Shown here one piece after another: positions 58,814 through 64,000 of a stretch of DNA of 64,000 bases (positions are counted from its first letter, which is position 1; every line of letters starts with the position of its first letter). Made by a program: the position numbers and the translations under genes. The notes under the pieces were generated by a model. That model was not told the origin of the DNA, searched no databases, and was given only the letters and a program-made list of their open reading frames with translations. Source of the stretch: a virus; IMG/VR virus record IMGVR_UViG_3300017991_000051, positions 1-64,000 of that record. The stretch is one strand, 5' to 3'.

Positions 58814-59380
58814 TCACGACCAGCGTGTTACATGAAACTTGCCGAACACGCCCCGGTACGTACCGAGGCCGATCAGCGCGCCCCCCTGCTCGAACAACCA
58901 CTTAACCTCGTGTTCATCGATATCCTTCGACTCCAACATGGTCAGGTTGAACTCGAGCGCCCACGGCAGATTCACTACCGGCCGTGGTTTCGGGTTCGGT
59001 ATTCCATGCTTCAGCCGCGGCGTCGCCCGACTTAGCACGATCCCGTTCTTGTCGAATCCCTTAAACACTATACGCTTGCCCTTCCGTGTCAAGGGGATAA
59101 GAAACGGGTCGATGGTAACGACGCCCCGCAGCTTCGTAGCCTTCCGCTTGTACTGCTTTTCCGGGTACAGCAGTTTCGCTGCACTCGTCGTATGCTCTGC
59201 GCATATGAAGCTCATGATGTTCAATGCCGGTATCACCAAACTCTTCCCGTCCGCATCAAAATAGAATTTCTTGTCAGGCGGGAGTTGTACAGCGTTGTCC
59301 CCGCTGTAGGGATCGAACATGATGTCGACAAAGCCCTCGAGCTTCACTCGTCGCGTAATCACTTTCACCGGTGTCGGCAT
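58814..59380 (-). CDS. second stand-alone Cas7/RAMP-like (Vipr-like) protein
   Basis: VKLEGFVDIMF, VIPALNI, RPVV.LPW.LEF, GG..IGLGTYRGVFGKFHV; GAGGAGG SD. Confidence 0.75.
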   Translation of the reverse strand: MPTPVKVITRRVKLEGFVDIMFDPYSGDNAVQLPPDKKFYFDADGKSLVIPALNIMSFICAEHTTSAAKLLYPEKQYKRKATKLRGVVTIDPFLIPLTRKGKRIVFKGFDKNGIVLSRATPRLKHGIPNPKPRPVVNLPWALEFNLTMLESKDIDEHEVKWLFEQGGALIGLGTYRGVFGKFHVTRWS

Positions 59381-59491
59381 CGTCTTTCTCCTCCTCACGA
59401 CTATGCATCTGCTCCAAGCGTCTACTCAACGACGCAGCGATTGATAAGCCGCGTCGTTTCGTTGCACGTTTCTGTTGCTTACACTTCACGA

Positions 59492-59755
59492 CTATGCCCC
59501 CTCGTCGGGCGGCGCTTTCAACTCCCCTTTGTTGATCGCGTCACGGAGCACCTTCTTGATGTCGGTGCCCTCCGGATCGTTGTACCACGTCGATAGATCA
59601 CGTACGTCGAACGCCTCGTCCTCCCCATGCCACGGTAGCAGGCAGTACCAGAACTCGCGAGGACCCTGATCCACATCGTCGTTCTTATACGAATGGTATA
59701 TCGTTACGCCTTTATGAGTTAGAAACTCGTACGCGTCAACCCACATCATCGGCAT
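59492..59755 (-). CDS. hypothetical phage protein
   Basis: 87-aa ORF. Confidence 0.55.
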   Translation of the reverse strand: MPMMWVDAYEFLTHKGVTIYHSYKNDDVDQGPREFWYCLLPWHGEDEAFDVRDLSTWYNDPEGTDIKKVLRDAINKGELKAPPDEGA

Positions 59756-60135
59756 CAGATCACCCCCTGCTCTTCCAGTTCCGCGGCGATGACGCTCTCG
59801 TGCTCCAAGATGTAGGCTTCGAGCGCCGGCCACTCCTCATGCAGCCAATCCTTGCCCAGGAGCCAGTCGAGATACGATGCAGGGACATCCCTCATCTTCG
59901 TACCCTTGTGCTTGCCGAACGGCATGGTATCGTCGTCCGTCAGAGGCGTTACGACCTCCTCCTGCTCCAATCGCTCGGAGACGTTGATGTACTCCACCAC
60001 CGCCGGCCAGTCACTGGTCCACTCCTGCTTCATAAACCAGCGCAGGTACTGCGTAGGGACCTCCCCCATGGGGACGCCCTTGTGTTTCCCGAACGGCATC
60101 GGGTCCGCCGCTGTCAATATGTCCGACATCTTCAA
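59755..60135 (-). CDS. tandem DUF3820-like domain protein
   Basis: two MPFGKHKG...VP..YL.W repeats. Confidence 0.8.
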   Translation of the reverse strand: MKMSDILTAADPMPFGKHKGVPMGEVPTQYLRWFMKQEWTSDWPAVVEYINVSERLEQEEVVTPLTDDDTMPFGKHKGTKMRDVPASYLDWLLGKDWLHEEWPALEAYILEHESVIAAELEEQGVI

Positions 60136-60146
60136 CTCCTGTTATA

Positions 60147-60218
60147 TGGTGGGCGGGGATGGATTCACACCACCGACCTCCGGGTTGTAGCCCGGCGCTC
60201 TTACTGAGCTACCCGCCC
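60147..60218 (-). tRNA. atypical tRNA (Val-TAC-like) with a 6-nt anticodon loop
   Basis: GGGCGGG/CCCGCCC-A-CCA acceptor, GCTC/GAGC D stem, CCGGG-CTACAA-CCCGG anticodon arm, T loop TGTGAAT. Confidence 0.75.
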
Positions 60219-60224
60219 GTAATA

Positions 60225-60515
60225 TTACTTCACATGCTCACAGAAACCCTTTTCGTTCGGGGCTCCCCATTTACGCGTCTTGTTGATCTCGTGCTTTTTC
60301 CGAGCCTCCTCGTACAGATCGTAACCGCATTTGTGGGCATGATGCAGTAACAGCAGGAGACAGTCTGCGCCTTCTTCGGGCGCATTCGATTCCAACAACT
60401 CGTCAACCTCGGTCTTAAGATGTTCGACGATGCCCGCCTTCGTTGACTGCGGAAAGGTCTTCTCAGCCCACTCTCCTTTGTCCCTCTGAAAATCTGCTGG
60501 TGACATACCATCCAT
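60225..60515 (-). CDS. MazG-like dNTP pyrophosphohydrolase (DUF550-like)
   Basis: WAEKTF, HLKTEVDEL, EGADC, K..INK.RKW. Confidence 0.75.
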   Translation of the reverse strand: MDGMSPADFQRDKGEWAEKTFPQSTKAGIVEHLKTEVDELLESNAPEEGADCLLLLLHHAHKCGYDLYEEARKKHEINKTRKWGAPNEKGFCEHVK

Positions 60516-60565
60516 GTGTAGCTCCCTGACGTTGGGGCGGCACGATAGCGTACCGCCCCAACCGT

Positions 60566-62731
60566 TTAACTCAGTTCAATAAGCGTCTCGAAACAGGGTT
60601 TCATCTCCTTGTGGTGCGTGACCACAATCGTCTGCACCCCCGACTCACGGCTCACCTGATGGATCTGTTCTATCAGTTCCCCCATGTACGCCACGTTGTC
60701 GTCGTCCATAGACGCCGTTGGCTCGTCGAGTACGAGCAGCCCCATATCCTTCGCGAACAGTTCGTTGATCGCGAAACGGATTGCGACGGAGAGCACACAA
60801 CGCTGTCCACCGCTAAGCCGTCCTGCGCTGTTCGCCGCATACCCGTTGGGGAATATGCACTGCAGGTCCATATCGCGGGCGATACGCACCGCGAATGGGT
60901 TGCCGAACATGTCCAGGAACTTGTTACACAGTCTGTCCAGCTCACCGATGTAGGAGAACAGGACCTCCTGCGGAAGCCTGTCGCGGTGTAGGGTATCCCT
61001 CACCGTATTCAGTAGTTCCCTGTACTCGCGGACTGCTGTCGCCTGCTCCGCGAGCTTCGCCGTACGCTCCTCGTCGGCTGTCAGTCGCTGGATCTCCTCA
61101 CTCTTTGCCTTGAGCTGTCCACCGGCCGTCGCCTTGTCGATCGTGAGCTGGGTATGCTGAGTTTTCTCCGCTTCAGCAGCCTTTGCAGCTTCAACAGCTG
61201 GCATTGTCGCCACAACTTGTGCAAGCGACTCGCACTGCTCCTGGAGGGCCGTGACCCGCGCTTCCGAGGCCGCTTGGGAGGAACGTAGCGAACCGGAATC
61301 ATCTTCCAGGTTCCTAATCTCCGATAGTAACGCATCGTATTCTCCCAGCTTGAGCCGTAGCTCATTACCACGTTTGGGGTCCGGCGCCGGCACCTCCGGC
61401 AGCCCCGCCAACGTCTCGTTCAATGACTTCAGACGCTTCGTCGCCTGATCCACCCATGCCAAATGCTTAGCCGTCTCGGACTTGAATGACTGTTCCGCCT
61501 GCTGCAACCTCGCGATCTTGCCATTGAGGTCATCCAGCTGCGGCGCCATCGTCGCCAGTCGTGCTGTACAATCCTGCTTCTCCGTCTCCGGGTCGTCGAA
61601 CTGCTTCCCGCACGTCGGGCACACGCCGCCCTGTTGCAGAACGCTCAGCACCTTACGCAGGGCCGTCACGTCCGCTGACAGAGTATCGCGCTGTGCCTGC
61701 AACGCCGGCAACTCCGACCACGGCTTACCGCAGTCATCGGGCGCTCCCGCGGAATCGATTTCCGACAGCAACTCCTTCAGTTCCGCGTCCGTCTTCTGCC
61801 TCGTGGCGTAAACGTTCTGGTTCTGATCCATCGTCGCCAGCTCAGCTTTCGCCGCCTCGGCTTCCGGTTTCAACGCCTTCTCGGTGTCTAACATCTTAGA
61901 CAGTGCCGTGTCCGTAGTCGCCAACCGCCCAGTCAGCTCCTGTACAGCAGCCTCCCGTTCCGCCAGCTCCGTCGTCAGCGGTACGAGCTTCTTCTCCGCC
62001 TCCTGCGCGTCCGCGTACGTGGCCAGCAGCTTAAGCGCCGCCTCCACATCTATCTTCGCGCGCGCGGCTTCGATCGTCTCGTACTCGCCCTGCAGGATGT
62101 CCCAACCGTCCTTCAACTCCTTGAGCTGCTGACGCATCTCATCCAGTCGGACGGCAACAGCGATCTCCGGAAACCTGTTCATTTCCTGCTGTAGCAGTAC
62201 GCGCAGAGGCTCCGCGCGCTCGACGCCAGGGATCAGGGCCAGAAAGCTCTTCATCCTGTCCGCCTTCTGCTGGAACAGTAATTGTGACAGTTTATCCTGC
62301 GATATGAAGATGTGATCTTCGATGATGCGCGGCGTTAACCCCGTAAGGTCGTCCAAAGCCGCCGTCACCTTCTTGACGCCCGTAATGGGCTTATCCTCCC
62401 CGATCGTGAGCTTGGCCGTCGAGCGGCCGGTCTCCCGGTTCATCGGGTCCCCCTCCACGCGCTTGGCCGTGAAGGTACGTGACACTTCGCCTACCACGTC
62501 GCCCTGCGCAAACGCGCAGGCGACGACGGTCTTATCCGCTTCGAAGTTGATGTTCTCATCGATAGTGTCCTGCGCCATCTTCCCCGTCAGCGCAGTAAAC
62601 GCACCATGCAACGCATTGGACTTTCCAACACCGTTGTTGCCAACGATCCCGTTGGTACCCGGCGAGAAGTCGATCCGTCGCTTCCGGTGCTGACACCAGT
62701 CAGTCAGTTCCAGCCAGTTCAGCCTGAACAT
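60566..62731 (-). CDS. SbcC/Rad50-like ATPase
   Basis: GNNGVGKS, coiled coil with CPTC hook, LSGGQ, LVLDEPT, VTH. Confidence 0.92.
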   Translation of the reverse strand: MFRLNWLELTDWCQHRKRRIDFSPGTNGIVGNNGVGKSNALHGAFTALTGKMAQDTIDENINFEADKTVVACAFAQGDVVGEVSRTFTAKRVEGDPMNRETGRSTAKLTIGEDKPITGVKKVTAALDDLTGLTPRIIEDHIFISQDKLSQLLFQQKADRMKSFLALIPGVERAEPLRVLLQQEMNRFPEIAVAVRLDEMRQQLKELKDGWDILQGEYETIEAARAKIDVEAALKLLATYADAQEAEKKLVPLTTELAEREAAVQELTGRLATTDTALSKMLDTEKALKPEAEAAKAELATMDQNQNVYATRQKTDAELKELLSEIDSAGAPDDCGKPWSELPALQAQRDTLSADVTALRKVLSVLQQGGVCPTCGKQFDDPETEKQDCTARLATMAPQLDDLNGKIARLQQAEQSFKSETAKHLAWVDQATKRLKSLNETLAGLPEVPAPDPKRGNELRLKLGEYDALLSEIRNLEDDSGSLRSSQAASEARVTALQEQCESLAQVVATMPAVEAAKAAEAEKTQHTQLTIDKATAGGQLKAKSEEIQRLTADEERTAKLAEQATAVREYRELLNTVRDTLHRDRLPQEVLFSYIGELDRLCNKFLDMFGNPFAVRIARDMDLQCIFPNGYAANSAGRLSGGQRCVLSVAIRFAINELFAKDMGLLVLDEPTASMDDDNVAYMGELIEQIHQVSRESGVQTIVVTHHKEMKPCFETLIELS

Positions 62732-63243
62732 TACTTCTCCTTAGATTTTGTAGCGTTGCTACCCGATTCAGCGAGTTCCAGTTCCATATCCTGTATGGTC
62801 TGCGACACCCAGCTGCCGGTATTGACATATTTCGAATCATTCTTCGTGACCACGACGGCGCCCCCGCCATACGCATCGACACGCGGCTTCGAGCAGGTAT
62901 TCGCCCACTCGAACCCGATAGCGATCGACAGGTCGAACTTCTTCAACGTCGCCTGTATCAACTCGACGCAAACATCGATGTTCGCACACTCGTCGTGATG
63001 GAACCACAACTCCGTCGGACTCTCACGTTCGACTTCGATTCCGTTCCACCATGAAACATTCGCTTGACGCTCTTTCAAGACCGCCGCAAACTCATCGTCT
63101 TCCAACTCACCGTCGGCAACCAACTGAGCGATATCGGTATCATCTTCGATACCATCACCCGCAGCGCGAAGTGCCTCCAGCCAATCACAGGCTTCTTCCG
63201 GCAGCTCCACGATGAAACTCGTCTCCGTATAGTAGTCAGCCAT
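62731..63243 (-). CDS. acidic hypothetical phage protein
   Basis: FEWANTCSKPRVDAYGGGAVVV motif. Confidence 0.65.
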   Translation of the reverse strand: MADYYTETSFIVELPEEACDWLEALRAAGDGIEDDTDIAQLVADGELEDDEFAAVLKERQANVSWWNGIEVERESPTELWFHHDECANIDVCVELIQATLKKFDLSIAIGFEWANTCSKPRVDAYGGGAVVVTKNDSKYVNTGSWVSQTIQDMELELAESGSNATKSKEK

Positions 63244-64000
63244 TATTGCGCCTTACAGAAGTTCTCTAGAGTCGGGGACATGTCCTCGTTTCGGTTGGTG
63301 ATGATGTACGGAACGTTCAGGTTCTTGCAGAACGTGAAGCGGTCCATGACCTGCTGATCGTTCGCGCCCTTATCCTCCGCGACCATCAACGCCATCCCGT
63401 GACCCAACTCACCGCGGATCCGATTCGAATCGAATCGCTGGTGGCAAATCAGGTCACAGTACTGCCGATGTGATACAGACGATCGAACCGGATGCAGGTA
63501 CACTGGTGCCTTCGTACGGCCGCGCGTAGCATTGGCCAGAGCAACACCGGTGTTGACGCCAGCGCTTCCGCCCTCGTCATACTCGGAGAGGGGGCAGAAC
63601 ATGACGCTGTATCGCTTCAACAGCTTCACCGTCCGCAGGTAGTCCTCCTCCAGCAAACCATGCGTATACTTTCCGAGGACGCCCTGATCGACGAACGTAT
63701 TCGCGACCACGACGCTGATGCCGGCACGGTTCGCACAAATCACGCGGTCCTCAACCTCTTCCCAGTACTTGTCGTTCCGTTTCAGAGTATTGTTGTCCTT
63801 GTACGGTGCGCCGCTACCGTTCGCTACGTACAGCGGTTTGCCCAGTCCTGGACTTCCGTACGCGACGTACAACGTGATCTTACGCTTCTTATCCTTGGCC
63901 ACCAACTTCTCAAAGTCAGAAAACCTGTTCGGCTGTACCGGCCAGTCGATCGACTTACCGAGGGGGAACCAGCGTTCACCACCACGCTCCCACTTGTCAC
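63243..64000 (-). CDS. hypothetical protein, probably truncated by the window edge
   Basis: frame appears to remain open beyond the 63905 start given in the ORF track. Confidence 0.5.
   Translation of the reverse strand, partial: DKWERGGERWFPLGKSIDWPVQPNRFSDFEKLVAKDKKRKITLYVAYGSPGLGKPLYVANGSGAPYKDNNTLKRNDKYWEEVEDRVICANRAGISVVVANTFVDQGVLGKYTHGLLEEDYLRTVKLLKRYSVMFCPLSEYDEGGSAGVNTGVALANATRGRTKAPVYLHPVRSSVSHRQYCDLICHQRFDSNRIRGELGHGMALMVAEDKGANDQQVMDRFTFCKNLNVPYIITNRNEDMSPTLENFCKAQ

Noticed and set aside
1-64000. Alternative genetic code (stop reassignment)
   Set aside because: Long conserved genes are intact under the standard code and end in TAA, TAG and TGA

Overview
64-kb fragment of a large, GC-rich dsDNA bacteriophage (or phage-like element). 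Almost all genuine genes lie on the minus strand and use the standard code. It carries a replication/recombination module (family A DNA polymerase with an N-terminal UDG-like domain, primase, DnaB-like and SF2 helicases, RecA-like, RecU-like, SbcC/Rad50-like, DEDDh exonuclease), a 10-kb glycosyl-/sulfo-/methyltransferase cluster, a tmRNA and an atypical tRNA. Three accessory systems stand out. (1) A stand-alone Cas7/RAMP-like gene (6611-7360) lies next to a 12-unit non-coding array (7521-8846). The units are separated by a conserved pseudoknot and built from 5-nt GGY-NN pentamers. Read as codon positions 1+2 with the wobble base skipped, the NN pairs of six units spell motifs of PD-(D/E)xK (Cas4/RecB-like) nucleases. 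This suggests a non-contiguous RNA-guide code aimed at competing elements, and it resembles the VIPR-type architecture as I recall it, which I cannot verify here. A second pair of RAMP-like genes flanks a single perfect pentamer run at 58746-58800. (2) About 21 attC-like sites (37093-43974) form an integron-type cassette array with no integrase in the window. (3) A nuclease-less Nop/IS110-domain (Tas-like) protein is encoded at 4005-5048. Protein calls rest on motif recognition by eye; no searches were run.
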